A stretch of DNA of 64,000 nt, taken from NCBI RefSeq assembly GCF_001194135.2, contig NC_068983.1:101527064-101591063 (forward strand), in the 5' to 3' direction. The stretch is from Octopus bimaculoides (lineage: Eukaryota). This document shows positions 12,214-25,667 of the stretch, in pieces. How positions within the stretch are numbered: the first letter of the stretch is position 1; the number at the start of each line of letters is the position of its first letter. The notes beneath the pieces were generated by a model. It was not told the origin of the DNA and searched no databases. It saw only the letters and a list, made by a program, of their open reading frames with translations. The position numbers and the translations under genes were made by a program.

Positions 12214-13399
12214 TTCTAAACATATAAAGAAATTATTATTCATTCTTTTTTTTTTTTTGTCAAATCTGAAAAGCTAAATAACAGTGAAATGTTTGAAATT
12301 CTTAGACATTACTCTGTATTTAATTCCCAAAAATAACCAATAATATGATGTCAATCAACTCAGACTAAACATGAAGATACCATTAGACTTTGATGCAAAG
12401 GCTACAAAGAACAAACATTGATAAATTAATGACAGGAGTAGCAAAGAGGATAAGGATATCCAGCCTGTAATATAAATGCCTGTTCTTAATAAATCAATTG
12501 TTGAACTTGGATAAGTTTTCCCAAGCCCAGTAATCTGTTTATTTTCTCCCTTCTTTGTTAGACATTAGGGTTTATGTAATTAATAATTGTTTCTTGGGCA
12601 TTTTGTTACTGCCAATCTACTCCACAGTAGAGGCTTAAAAAGATTTACTCTTAGGGTTGTAAATGATCTAACTGACAATTAACAAATGACGTTCACTTGG
12701 TATCTCAATTTACAGCCAAAAGAAAAACTAACAAAAAAACCCACTAAACATGATCAGCTCAAGTTTAATAAAGCTTATATGAAAGGGTACAAAATAATAA
12801 CCTATAAGCACTCTACTCAGACCTGTTTAGATATAGATTCAGTTAGTTATAGAAAAAGACTTTTAGTCATGATTTTGAAGCATAAATAACAGGGTTCAAG
12901 CTGTGTCCAAGAATAAATCTACATGAATTTGACTACATTATTATTACTATTGAATATTAATTCACCTAACAGTAAGCAGTATAAAAGTTGTGCACATGTG
13001 TAAGACAACAATTTTTTACTGGTGAAAGTCATCTTGACTTCCTGTTATGATGTAAATAATTTACAAAGATGATTAGAATGTTGCAAGAAAGAAGCACAAG
13101 ATGGATTTTAGGCCTAAGAGTAGACCAAGAACAAGATGTTAAATAATAACAATAGTCTCAGTTAGTCATGCTTTAGAATCTAGAGGGAAAGTGTAATTAT
13201 GACTACTTCTAATAGGACCCTATGGAGTAGGTGCCTGTAGAATCTACCCTCGCAACCTTTCCAGGAATAGTGAGAGAAGATGAATGGATGAACAAATTGT
13301 CATATACGACTGAAGATTCAATATAGTCTATTTAACTTTTGCATCCTGACTTGTCAAACTACAGACCTTCTTGTCTTCACAACTACTTATTACTGACTA

Positions 13400-14480
13400 C
13401 CTAGTCACATAACTTGTTCTGCATGTGTGTCAAAGTATGAAAAGCCATTTATTCATAACATCGATTTCATAGTTCTACTATAATGCTATATAACATCAGT
13501 ATCTTCATATTTCCCTGAAATGTTATGGTTTAACAACCCCAGGTAGATTGAGTACCTCAAGGAACTCTTTTACTACCGGCTTGAGGCTGTTGTCTTGTCA
13601 CACATCACCATAAATATGAGTACTTTTGAAATCAGGAGAGGCTGATTTGTTTCAAGTGATTTCAGCATAAGTCAAGGTTCCAGTCCCATTCCTTGTGATA
13701 GGGACAGTGTTGTTTCCAATTTGCATCACAAAATTCACAATTTCCAAGTTGGAACAAGGTACTCCATTAATACAGAAAGATTTTGTAGCCTGTTAGTAAG
13801 TAAAACTGTAGGATAACTGAACAATATTCAGGTAAGAAATAATTCAAATTTTTTCCTTGGTTAGGAAAATACAGGTAATATAGAATCATTTTTGTAAGGA
13901 AAGCAGTTACTTTTCTGAAGTTAAGAACAGATATTACTGTCAAGGAATTTTTGGGTATTATACGGCACCAAAATTTTTACTACTCCATTCTGAGAGAAAA
14001 TTATACATAACACTTATTTTATGGCTGAGCTCTTCCAATTAGAAATATGAATAACCTCTAGCCACTTGAAATGGAATTCATGATGATAAGCAGCAATCTG
14101 ATACCATTAACATGGGTATCATCCATGTGTACAAGACTACAGGAATCTAATAAAGTCTACTCTTTTGAAGAAATTTATAACTGTTACACATTTATGACAT
14201 CGATGTATGCAGTCCTCTACAGCATGTGAATAGCCATGCCACATTGCTTCAAACTTTCATATACCTCTAATGCTACAATGAACAGTTATAAATTATATGC
14301 CTTGTGGATACTTTGAGCAGAGCAATAAGACTGAAATCGGAAAGAACATCATTTTCTAGAGTTTGTGTTTGATCCACTAATATTGTCTCTCAGCACTGGA
14401 GCAGTTACTCTAGATATTGTCATTCTGGAAATGATTTTTGCCTAATATCAGATCTTCACACATTCTGAAGGTAGGCTATG
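13400..14480 (-). mobile_element. Decayed Gypsy-like LTR retrotransposon integrase
   Basis: Broken minus-strand translation includes WHGYSHAVEDCIHRCHKC (zinc knuckle), VHMD, FKWLEVIHI and IIFSQNG, resembling integrase core motifs. Contains many stops and frameshifts. Confidence 0.6.
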
Positions 14481-14896
14481 AAGATTTAATAGAACACTTT
14501 CTATCTAGAATATGAAATTATCCTAAACATTATCTGAACTAGTATACTGTGGTTGCACTTTAAAATGTAACTGAGAGAATGTTAATGTGAAAAATAGTGT
14601 GTCCTTTGACATGTGTAATATCTTAATCAAATGCTGTCGGCTGTATGATTTACAAAGATATAAGTTTTGGGAGTTCTTTTTATGTGGTTTAAAGATTAAT
14701 TAGTCTATGATCAGATCTAAGCAAGAATTTTCTGCCAAGGAGCAATTTATGATCCATACTCTTAAGAAAGTTTCCATCTCAATATTTGGATAATTAGTGT
14801 TTAATCTCTTTGACATATACAGTCCTGAATAAAATTCCTAATAAGACTACCCACTACCATCAGTTGTTAATGTAACTTCTTTACTGGTATCAATAT

Positions 14897-14899
<3 letters not shown>

Positions 14900-14969
<70 letters not shown>

Positions 14970-14982
14970 CGCGCGTACACAC
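14900..14982. repeat. (GT)n microsatellite
   Basis: Visible dinucleotide tract. Confidence 0.95.
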
Positions 14983-15119
14983 ACTTTCAAGAATACTTCA
15001 AAAATTATAGAACTTCTTTTCTGAAATTCAACATTTTTCTTGCACAAATTTGAATATCAACTATAAAAGTTTACCAATCCTAAAAACTGACTCCAACTAT
15101 TTCTTATTAGAATGTGAAA

Positions 15120-15420
15120 AAAGCTCCTGTCTTCCTGGGTCTCCCTCTTCTACACATTCCTTATACAGCTGTACACATCTTTCCACATCACATGCCCATA
15201 ACAACAGACTCTTCTCTTACACACTACATCTGATTCCTTTTATGCCCAGTTTTTCTCTCAACATGTTTGTACTCCATCATTCATGGACATTGACATTGCA
15301 CATCCAGCAGAGCCTGCTTGTCTCATTTCTTTGTATTCTTCACATGTCCCGCTATCATGTAGTATTGCCGTTCATGCACAAGAATCCTAGTTTACCTTTC
15401 ACTCTGAGAAACTTCTTGTT
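15120..15420 (-). mobile_element. RTE-clade LINE RT C-terminal fragment
   Basis: Reverse complement includes TTGAGAGAAAAACTGGGCATAAAAGGAATCAGATG...AGACCCAGGAAGAC, homologous to 15880-16240. Confidence 0.6.
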
Positions 15421-15879
15421 AAAAACAGAAGTAACAGCATTATGGACTTTCTCCAGCCTGTTCTTACTCTGGCTACTATACTTTCAGGTCACTTTCTCCT
15501 ATAGCTCATAAGGTCGCCTAAGTAACAAAAACTATCAACTACTTCTAGAGAAACTTATCATTTGAGGAAGTCTATTTTTGCGCGCATTTAGTGTTTATTG
15601 TTCCTGCACATCTGCCACTTACAAAGTCTGCTTACTCTATCAACCTGTGATTCCACTGTATAAGATTCCTATCAATTCCACTTCAACAGATCAAGCAAAA
15701 TCATTTACCTGATGGAAGTTTTTGCTAAGTTGACTTTAACTAAATTAAATTTTGATTCCAGGTTTGTTTCAGAGAACTATTACTTCCATTGAGAACAGAA
15801 GTTTTCTCTCACAGAATGAAACGAGATTGTATGAACAGCAATGCTACAGGATAGTGAGACATGGGCTCTGAATAAAGAG

Positions 15880-16240
15880 ATAGTGAGACATGGGCTCTGA
15901 ATAAAGAGAACATGTGTAAACCAGAAAGAAACAAAGCTAGAAAGCTCCATTGGATGTGCAGTTAGTGCACATAACAAGGTACAAATGTGTTGAGAGAAAA
16001 ATTGGGCATAAGAGGAATCAGATGAGGTGTGCAAGAGAGATGACTGCACTGGTATAGACATGTAATGCACATGGATGAGAACAACTGTATAAAGAAGTGC
16101 CACTCACTTGTGGAAGTGAGAGACCCAGGAAGATATGGGACTAAATAGTGAAAGCTGATTTCAGGACTTCAAATTGCACTGAAGAAATGATAAAAGACTA
16201 AGATGACTGATGATATGCAGTGCTCAAGAGAACCTGCCCA
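15880..16240 (+). mobile_element. RTE-clade LINE RT C-terminal fragment
   Basis: Degenerate LREKLGIRGIRCGVQERRLRWYGHVMRM...RPRKTW-like coding remnant. Confidence 0.6.
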
Positions 16241-17029
16241 TCTCAGTGGAACTAAGATTCTGGAAGTATATTATCAATATACACAATTGAGCCCCTCACG
16301 CAGTTTCCTTGTCAAACCTGCTCCTCCACCTTTCATTTCTCTATCACTGGTCTTAGCATCACTTGTCTGACTGCAATATTCTGCTGCTGTAATTAAATGA
16401 GAGCAGAACTCCATATCTTATTTTTTCAGTGATACTATTTAACTTTCATACAACATAGAACCACTTGACATCCATCCTTTATTGCTCCTATTACCATACA
16501 TCTCTCCACAATCCTCTCCACTGAACTACTTCCTTTTGATTTGCCTGTATCACCGTACATCTCTCATTGTCCCCAAGTACTATGTCCTCTCTACACACAC
16601 TTGCAACCTCCCCAACTATATGTCATCTCTCTTTCTTTCATCCTTCTCCTGTCTACTGATGCTCTTTACCTTTCTGTACAGCCAGTCAGCACCTACTTCC
16701 TCAAATCTCCTCCACCTTTCTCTACATTCAACTCTATACCTTTCTTAATCTCTAGTCATCATCTACTTGCCATCAAACTCATATTTATCATTGAACACCA
16801 CACCTGTCTCAACCCTTTTATTCTTTTACATGTTTCAATCATTAGACTGTGCCCATGCTGAGGTACGACTGCATTGAAGAATTTTAGTCAAATTCACCAA
16901 CTCCAGTACTTTTAATTTTTACTTATTCTATTGGTCTCTTTTAGAGAACCACTAAGTTATGGGAACCTAAACAAATCAACAGTATTATATTTGACAGAGT
17001 AATCTGAATACTAAAGGGTTAATTGAAGT

Positions 17030-18950
17030 TGTTACTGCTTAACTTGTTTACTTCTTATACTGCCTTTAATATTCTATGAATTTACATAATCAAGAGTTAC
17101 TCGTCTCTTCTGTTCTATATTGAGTACATTCACATCAAGAGTCTTCACTGTGAACACCAATGATTTCAACAAGAAAGTCCATAGTCTTTATTTTAATTCA
17201 TCCAATCTGGTTATTCCGAACAGTTTACACTAGCTAATCTGCTCTGTATTTTAAATCATGGACTGACCCATTTTCTCTCCAAATACACCACTTTGATCTT
17301 CCAAACTTAGCCTCTGTTCTGGTGTCTCCATTGCCTGATCATTGGTTTCCTCAATGCATATTACTTCACATCAAAATATTGCCTAATATCTTCAGCTCCT
17401 CTAAAGAACAGAATCAGTAAATTGATCAGGCCTCTAATATATCAACTACTCACTAATGGCAGAAAATATGTTATTTCTGACTCTGCAACTGAATGAGTGA
17501 CAGAAACTTTCTCCGAACTTAAGAAATCAATATCAAAGCCCATACTCCAGCCTCTTCAAAACAGCTTACATGGATGCTGTAGTGCAGCTGTATATTAAAA
17601 AAATACATCCTACAGTCATCATCACCATCATTCATCTGTTTTCCATGCTGGCATGGAATGGACAGTTTGACTAGAGCTGGAAAGCAGGCGAACTGCACCA
17701 GGTTCCAGTCTGATTTGGTTCGGTTTCTATGGTTAGATTCCTTTCCTAACACCAACAACTTTATAGAGAATGCACCAGCATGGGTGATAGCAGCTGTGCT
17801 CTTGCAGGCCAATCCTCTTCAGGAGGAGAAGCAGCGATAACAATTCTGCTGACCAGCCGTTACAAGCTGCAAGTTTTGATCTGCAAATGAAATGCTTAAC
17901 ATATGACATTGAAGAAGAAACAAGATGCTGATGTGTAGTATATCATTTTTTTAAATTCCTCCTTAACTGTAGCTATGTTGGTATTTACCTCAAAGAATAT
18001 CATTTAAATATTCTGCTTCACCTGAAATGAAAGGGTTCTGTAAACAAGTATAATTCCAACTGGGTCCTATTTTTGCAGGTATTTAACAAACATAATACCC
18101 CTATTCAAAAAGAGAAAATTCTCTGATGCTATGAGCAACTAACCTATAACATTCAATCTTTCTCCAGTTTCTTGCAGTACATATCCACTAGAAAATTTCT
18201 CTCAAATCATACTAATGCACTCTTGTCCTTAAGACTTTTAGATTCATTCTTGAGCCAGTACTAACAGTATACAAATTAGAAATCTTCTTAAGTTATTTAT
18301 TGGTAACATTGCACATGCAAGCATTTGGGACTAAATCCAAGAAAATGTCAATACTCCTCAACCACATTCCTACTCCTGAGTGGTATTCTTCATTTGTCTT
18401 TACTTTCCTGCAATTGCTGCTTGTAAACTACTTAAGTCCGCCAATTTTATTTCCCCCTCATCACTGCTAAATATTTCAGTCTCCCAAACACTGACTCAAC
18501 AGTTCATTAACTCTGTCTCACAAAGAGTTTTTTGACGTTCGTTCTGCATTTTGGTTGATCGAAAATCTATATCAGCCCGTGTGTTTCATCCAACTACTAA
18601 CTTATATCCTGAAAGTAATTGCATTTGGACAGCCTTGTGCTATGCACATAAGATTCCAAGGCCGGATCCTAATGAAGACCACTTGATTAATTGTTAGAGA
18701 GTCAATAAACCAACACGTTTTAATCACCAGCACACAGATGCATCCCTTCTTCCATCTACCTCCTGCATTTCTATAGTGGTCCTCTGTATTACCTAGCAGC
18801 ATGTTTTCTCGATCCAAACCAATCTAACTTCACTCGTAACATCATACACTATCTCTCTCTCATCTCCTACATCCCACACTAAACATTTTTCCCAATCCTT
18901 CTTGCCATCGAGAAGTTCAATCCTCTGGAACTCCTACCCCACCCAGGCGT
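17030..18950 (-). mobile_element. Old LINE remnant (endonuclease/RT-like), interrupted by an RTE 3' fragment at about 17615-17790
   Basis: Purine-rich, coding-like minus strand with many stops. The clade is not securely identified. Confidence 0.3.
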
Positions 18951-20519
18951 CGTTATACAGATATTCAAGCAGAACATCAACTGCATCAGTCTCACTAGTC
19001 TCAGTGAACCTGTTAGGTAAAATGGAGACAGCTGATTCTCCGATTAACTTATAAAATATTTTTTAGTGTGCTGACATCCATCGAACAAGGACGGCATCGT
19101 ATTCTCAAATAAACCACAAAATAAAAATAAAAATAGTAATAAAAAATTGGATAAATATAGGTTTTTAGATATCTACTTAGACTGGATGTCACAAACTTGA
19201 TTAAACCATACTGGTTTAACCAAAACCAGTATGGAGCAAGGAATGAAAATTAATTTGAAGTAATCAAAGGGAAATGGTCCCATTGAAATAAAATACTACA
19301 GAGCCGCATGAAGCATGCAAAAAAAAAAAAAAATTTTTTAATCAATGTAGATTGCTAACGCCAAAAGTGAAGATGTATTAATCTTTTCAAATGAGCTAAG
19401 ACACTCTTAGGAATGATTAAGAATGTAGATATGAAAAAGGGGGGAAAAATTCAAATATCTGAAACGTTTCAATTTTTATGACAAGATATTTTGCTTATCT
19501 GAAATTGGGGTGTAGTCAGTATATCTCTCCTCAAGTAAAGTGGAGAAAGAAAATCATTTGAAATCATACGGAGAAAAAAATGACATAACAATAAATAACA
19601 GTAACCAGGAATTACGCTTAGCCCCACTAATTCGCAAACATTGAAGATAACAAGAATTAGAAAATTCTGCAACATATCATTATTCGAATCTTAATTTCGT
19701 AATTGTTTGAGAAAGGCATGACCATCAAACAGTTCCGGAGTCAATGTGATATAAATTGTTGTTGTCTATTTCATATCTCGTAGCAGTAGAGAACTTTAGG
19801 ACGATATGATAAATCATTGTCTATTTCATATCTCAGAACAGCTGACAACGTTTAAGACAAATACACAGCATATTACGTTTTCTTTTAATTTGAAAAAAAA
19901 AAAGACTGAATGAAGTAAATGTATATGTTAAACTGAAAGTATGTCTGCTGCAGACACGAAAAATCCAGATTTCATAGTTACCATGCGATGAGTTGTAATG
20001 ATGTGTTGAATGAAATGTAAACTCATGTCATACACTTCACTAATGTGCAAACCCCACCCCTAAAAAGTCAATAAATAAATTTCAGTTTAATTCGTTTAGG
20101 CTAAATATAGATAGCATTGGTGAAATCTTGGGAGTCACGGTCAGAGATGCATAATATACTTCATAATTGTTCGAGTGACAAGCAAATGTATTATAACAGT
20201 TAATGAAATTAAATCCCTCTCTTTTACATTAAAGAATAATAATAGTCAAGAATGAATAAAATAATCTGAATTAGAATGGATTTTGAAAGTACATTCTGTA
20301 TGCTTTCCTTTTCGAAGAAAGCGTTTGACCTTTCCAAAGACATTAAAGGTTGATATAAAAATAACGTACTTACAAACCTTACAGATTTAAATGCATTATA
20401 TGGAAAGTAGTGTTTTATTAGTTACCAGCTAAGCAATGCAGATTTGAGATTGTATAAAAATTAAAGATTAGTCTAAAAAAAAATCAGAGATTTACAGAAA
20501 AGGCTATAAATACACTCAC

Positions 20520-20548
20520 CCGAAATGGCCTCGCAACAAATGCATCAT
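20520..20548 (-). CDS. OPA1: OPA1 coding exon 1 (MMHLLRGHFG; start of the mitochondrial presequence)
   Basis: Minus strand reads ATG ATG CAT TTG TTG CGA GGC CAT TTC GG|gtgagt. The phase-2 end matches the phase-2 acceptor at 11425, and human OPA1 also has a short phase-2 first coding exon. Assignment rests on phase, donor quality and position, not strong homology. Confidence 0.75.
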
Positions 20549-20549
20549 T

Positions 20550-21070
20550 GTAAAATTTGCACTATATCATGGATAACAAATAAAAAGTCAAGAAAAAACA
20601 ACTATCGAACAAAAAGTAATCGCATCAGAACCAAAGCAATGACAGAGGGGACACAGCAGTCGAGGATAGAATAGAAGCAGACGTCCCTTTTGGAAAACAC
20701 TTTATCTGACGGTACTCATGGCCGAAACACCACAACGGCATTCATACAGAGCTATACATATACCGATAAATTAAAACTACCCTTCGTAAGCTAATTCAAA
20801 GCTCAGTATCAATTATTAAAAGAATAGTAAGAATTTTTTTTTTTAAATCTTATATTAGGCTTTTAATAAAACAAAAACAATAATATATTTCTCTATCAGA
20901 ATAATTTAAATTATATTATTTTTATGCATTGTAAAACTCTAAAATAGTTTTGATCTAAGTTTTGTTGCAGTAGAAAATTTTTTACTTCCTTCAGTTATTT
21001 AAATAATTATTTTGGCGCTTTTAAAAATACATTTCGAGCGCGGTACACCTTACACCTGTAGTAGTAAGTA
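20550..21070. promoter_or_regulatory. Probable shared bidirectional promoter and 5' UTRs of OPA1 and GTF2H2
   Basis: The genes diverge here and CpG dinucleotides are retained locally (e.g. TTTCGAGCGCGG near 21035). A strong plus-strand donor GTA|gtaagt at 21063/21064 could end a non-coding GTF2H2 first exon spliced to 23810. Confidence 0.5.
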
Positions 21071-23832
21071 TATGTGGCTAAGAATAATGTTATTAGTCCA
21101 TGCTGGTTATCGGCACGAGAAGTAAAGATGCATCCAGGACAATAATAACGAAGTAATTAACTAAAATTTTCTAATCTTTATTTTCTCACTAAAATAATGG
21201 CAATATACATTATACAAAATTTACATTATTATTATCTTCGAGTTTATAAGTATAAATTACAAGAGATAAAACAAAAACTATTACACTGAGTTGTCACTCA
21301 CGCAAACAACACTACAAGCATAAAACTTGGAAAATGACTGTAAAAGTTCTATTTATTTTTAATTTATGATAGTCTGTTGTTGTCGTTTACTGTAATTTCT
21401 CCAGAGATTCAATGCAAGCTATATGATCCAATTTTAATTTTCTCTAGAGATTTAATGCAGGCTATATAATCCAATTTTATTCTATATTCCTTTTCGGATA
21501 CGAATGATTGTGCCTTTAATCTGTCGTCGAAAAATCATTCAAAAGTGTTCCCTCTTTTTACAAAATTAGTTTTGTCCATAGAAAAAGCCACCTCTAATCC
21601 TGATTTCTTCGATTATTTAAAACTTTCGTGTTAAAGTCTAGTTTTAATTTATAATACAGTATAATTGTAAACTGAATGAAAAAATATTTTGAAATAAGTG
21701 ATTGCGTTAACAAAAGACAAAAATCAGTAAAATAAAATACATTCCATGTGTCATAACCCTCTAAGAAATGAAAAAATTTGTAGAAAGGTTATTAATGAAG
21801 TTGGAAAATGTCAAGTCTTCTACCCAGAAGATTCCTTAACTTTACTCTTTTCCAACACACTTTTCCTCGTTCCAGCAAAAAAAAAAAATCTCTGCTCGTT
21901 AAAAACTCTTCATTCAAAGTTTGGTGCTGGTAAACTGCCATATCATTATATCATCTGTGCATTATTTATGAATTTGCAGAACCTGATGACTAGAAATATA
22001 TAATTTGATTTTTAAATGAACAAAGATCTAGAGTTGGTGGGCAACTCCAGTTTCTGTAATATTTAACAAATATGAGGAAATTGTTTCCTCCTGAATATAG
22101 CGCTAGACTCTAGCAGGTAGTTGTCTCCCGTTTTTGCCAAAATGAGGAAAATAATTAGATTTTTGATAATCACTAGATTTAATATGTTAACACTGACTTT
22201 TCTTTTCTTTCTCCCCCCCCCCCTTGCTCATGACTTCACAAATTAATCCCAGTGATTTATTTTTTAAAGAGAAATGGAATTAAATATCTTGCCCTGAAAC
22301 AACAAACACCTGCAGCAAGATGTAATTGCATTACTTGTGAGTTGGATAAATGAGTGGAGAGGGACGTAATTGAAGGATTAATGTTGCAGTCTTGTTTCAA
22401 CATCTTCAGTATGCACAAAAACTTGCAGCATCTTGTTGAATCATTTATTTGGCAATATTGCTAATAATGTTCTACATCCAACTAATTTTTAGTGATCCAC
22501 TCCACCTGGTTATAGATTAAGTATGATGTAGAGAAGCGTGGCTCATTGCTATAAGCAATAGAGTCTAATATAATTGATGTTTTATTGTAGTACTGAGCCC
22601 AAATCCTGCTATAAATTGGTGTGGGAACACAATTTCAGAATGATGTATAAGTCCAAAAGCTTAACTGATGGAAGTCTTGAAACTTAGCTACTCACTTCTT
22701 TATCTTTGCCAATTAGATATAACAAACTTCATGTCCAAGTTTAACACCAACACCTGACCGTACCTTTAACAATGACCACTCTATTGTAGGTTTTCAAGCC
22801 AGATCTTTATTCTGAAGGTGATTTCTTCCTGGCACTCTCAAAGACTGAAAAAAAAGATCATGAGTGTTGCCTTTCTCCTCTAAGTAAGCAACTAAAAAGA
22901 AATTTATAATTGTTTACCTTTGAAGAAGAGTGTGAGTCATTTATTTTCCTAGGGAAGAAAGCTCTGATAGTCAAATAAGATTAAGGTTGCTGACAGGTTA
23001 TTTAAAGAGCTGAAGGAGTGAAATTGAGAAATACATGAGGTGGGGGATTTTAAAATAAAATTTTTTTATCAAACTAAAAATAGCAGGGGTGGTGATAGTG
23101 TGTTGATGTATTGTGCTTATTTACCTACCTACCTACCTACCTTCTCTCTACAATACTTCATCCTGTTACCTTATCTGTATCTTTTTGCCGTTGTGTGAGG
23201 AATATATTTACATACCGGTCAAATTTTTGGCCTCCTTATCTCCTCATTTCCTACCATGACAATTCTTCTCTCCACTTTTCAATTTTGACTTAGTTCCTTT
23301 CTTCAGATGAAAGACCAAAATTAAGAAATATTATATTACAATCCTCGTATAGGAAGCTTGCTTCCCAGCTACATGGTTTCGGGTTCAGTCCCACCACGTG
23401 GCATCTTGGGCAAGTGTCTTCTGCTATAGCCCCAGACTGACCGAAGCTTTGTGATTGAATTTGGTTGGCGGAAGTTACTGCCGTGTGTGTATGTGTCTGT
23501 GTATGTGCTTGTGCCTCTTCCAAAGAGAGAGAGAGGGACTCTTCCAAAGATTGTATTGACTGATTTTTACCTGACACAATTTGTCACCAGTTTTCTTGGA
23601 TTTTCAGATTTACTCTATATTCATTTTATATTAAAGAAGAAATATTTTATTGTTGAATCTAGAATCTTTTTAAACTAATGATTAAAATTTTTGTTGCTAA
23701 GTAGTTGCTCAAATTTTGGTAGCTTACCACTGATTGAAACACTTGGCTAAATTTGTATATTGTACATTTGAATGTGTTTATGCTTATACTTCCAATTTAA
23801 TTTCTGAAGGTAGTCGGGGAAAATTACACAAC

Positions 23833-23888
23833 ATGGCTGATGACGACGAGAACCTTTACCGTTGGGAAACGGCATATGAACGTACATG
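23833..23888 (+). CDS. GTF2H2: GTF2H2 coding exon 1 (MADDDENLYRWETAYERTW)
   Basis: Acceptor ctgaag|G at 23810, ATG at 23833, donor TG|gttagt. Matches p44 RWEGGYERTW. Confidence 0.95.
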
Positions 23889-24770
23889 GTTAGTACAGAA
23901 TTTTTTGTTATGAGATTGCCTAATAGCCATAATATTTGATAAGTATTAATTCTAAATTTCATAGAGGAACAAGTTCTTTTAAAAAATCTTCAAAAACATC
24001 TTGTTCTCGTATCTCCAATATTAATGATTAATGAATTCAGTCTAAATGCAAGAAATATTTAAATGATTTTAAGGAATCACTGGTCAGTTTTACTTATGGA
24101 GCATAAGTAAAATGAGAGTACAGCAGTGAAACTAATAGACTATAATTGATAGGCAACTTGCTTGGAAAATTTTCATGAGCAAAAGTCTTTGCCTAAAAGT
24201 TAAACAATAAGCTGATCTTACTTGCAGAGAAGCAATTAAATAATTTGCCGAAAGAACAAAAAACATGAAATATTTTGAATAATGAGATTGTATCAAAAGG
24301 AATCAAAAGAGTACGTGTGAAATGGTATGCCTGCTCCTGCCTTTACTTGACAAAGAAATATGCATGAAAGTGCTTTTGAGTATTTGATTAGCAATCTGAT
24401 AGATTCCATTCAATAAGTGCAATACAAGTGCCAGTAGTACACTTCAAATGACAGATAATGAATGGAACGATTCTGAACATGTAGACAAAATGGCTGTGTC
24501 TGGAATATATTTCATTCTTTAGATATCTACATTAAATGTAAAACTAAGACAGCAAGCTGGCAGAATTGTTAGCATGTCAGACTAAAGGCTTAGTTGCATT
24601 TTTTCCATCTTCACATTCTGAGCTCAAATTCTGCCATGGTTGACTTTGTCTTTCATCCCTTCATCCCTTTCAGGGTTGGTAAAATAAGCACCACTTAAGC
24701 ACTGGGGTTGATGTATCCCTGGACTTGTTGGCCTTGTGCCACAATTTGAAACCTTTGTTAAATGTAGGAC

Positions 24771-25334
24771 GGCGATCTTACGATACCAGTACCAAAGCAC
24801 CCATGCATGTTTATTTACTTCACATTGGCCTTTTTCCGTAAAAAGTGTACATACATACATAACCTCTCTCTCTCACACTAACAAAAGAACTTCACCACAC
24901 TTTCTGTCTCGCATACTCACTATAAAAAGGAAATAAGGTAATTTTTCAGATTAACACCCACACAATCTTTGCTACGGTGTTAAGGTTTTAGGGTTTGGGT
25001 TAAGGAATTCCGTCCCTAACCGTAACCCTAACCCTAAAACCCTAACCCTGACCCTAACACCCCAGTGAAGATCGTGCGATTGTTAATCTGAAAAATTACG
25101 GAAATAAAAATAACTTGTTATCTATCTCTCTTTCTTTCTTTCTCTCTCACACATACACACACCAGCGCCAACTTCAAAAGAAATCGTGCTCTCTTTATCT
25201 CTTTCACTTTTAGGGCGTTGTTTCCCTCTTTCCCTCCAACACTTTTTACGGAAAAGGCCAATCTTTGGTAAAGATCGCCGAAGACACTTTTTACAGAAAA
25301 GGCCGATCTTTGGTACTGGTATCGTAAGATCGCC
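24771..25334. mobile_element. Merlin-like MITE with 27-bp perfect TIRs, 8-bp TSD and inverted telomere-like core
   Basis: TIR GGCGATCTTACGATACCAGTACCAAAG at 24771-24797 and inverted at 25308-25334; TSD TGTAGGAC at 24763-24770 and 25335-25342. The GGCGA terminus fits the Merlin GGNRM pattern. Confidence 0.8.
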
Positions 25335-25552
25335 TGTAGGACTAACCAGATCCAGTTAGTGCTTGGGTAAAGACTATGATTTGTCAAAAAAATGGCTTTA
25401 TGACCACCTTCTGCTGTATGTAGATGGCTGTTATGTCCTACTTCAAAATATATTTCTTGGAAACTAGAAGTAAACAGAAAATGATAATTTCATAAAGAAA
25501 CTAAAATTTTAATTTAATGAACCAAGCTACAAACAGACTTTATAATTTACAG

Positions 25553-25667
25553 GGAGGCTATAAAAGAAGATGAAGCAGGTTCATTACAAGCTAGTGTTAA
25601 TGAGATTACTCAGAAAACGAAGCGTCGGCGCTTATTGGAGCGTATTAGTAATGTTCGTCTTGGTATG
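25553..25667 (+). CDS. GTF2H2: GTF2H2 coding exon 2 (EAIKEDEAGSLQASVNEITQKTKRRRLLERISNVRLGM)
   Basis: ttacag|G...ATG|gtaagt, 115 nt. Matches p44 EILKEDESGSL...VRLGM. Confidence 0.95.

Noticed and set aside
15050-16861. Several 89-153 aa ORFs rich in Leu/Ser/His
   Set aside because: They are read-through of pyrimidine-rich strands of decayed RTE LINE fragments.
24977-25062. Ancient telomere fusion site
   Set aside because: The tracts are short, degenerate and enclosed by TIRs and a TSD, so they arrived with a transposon.
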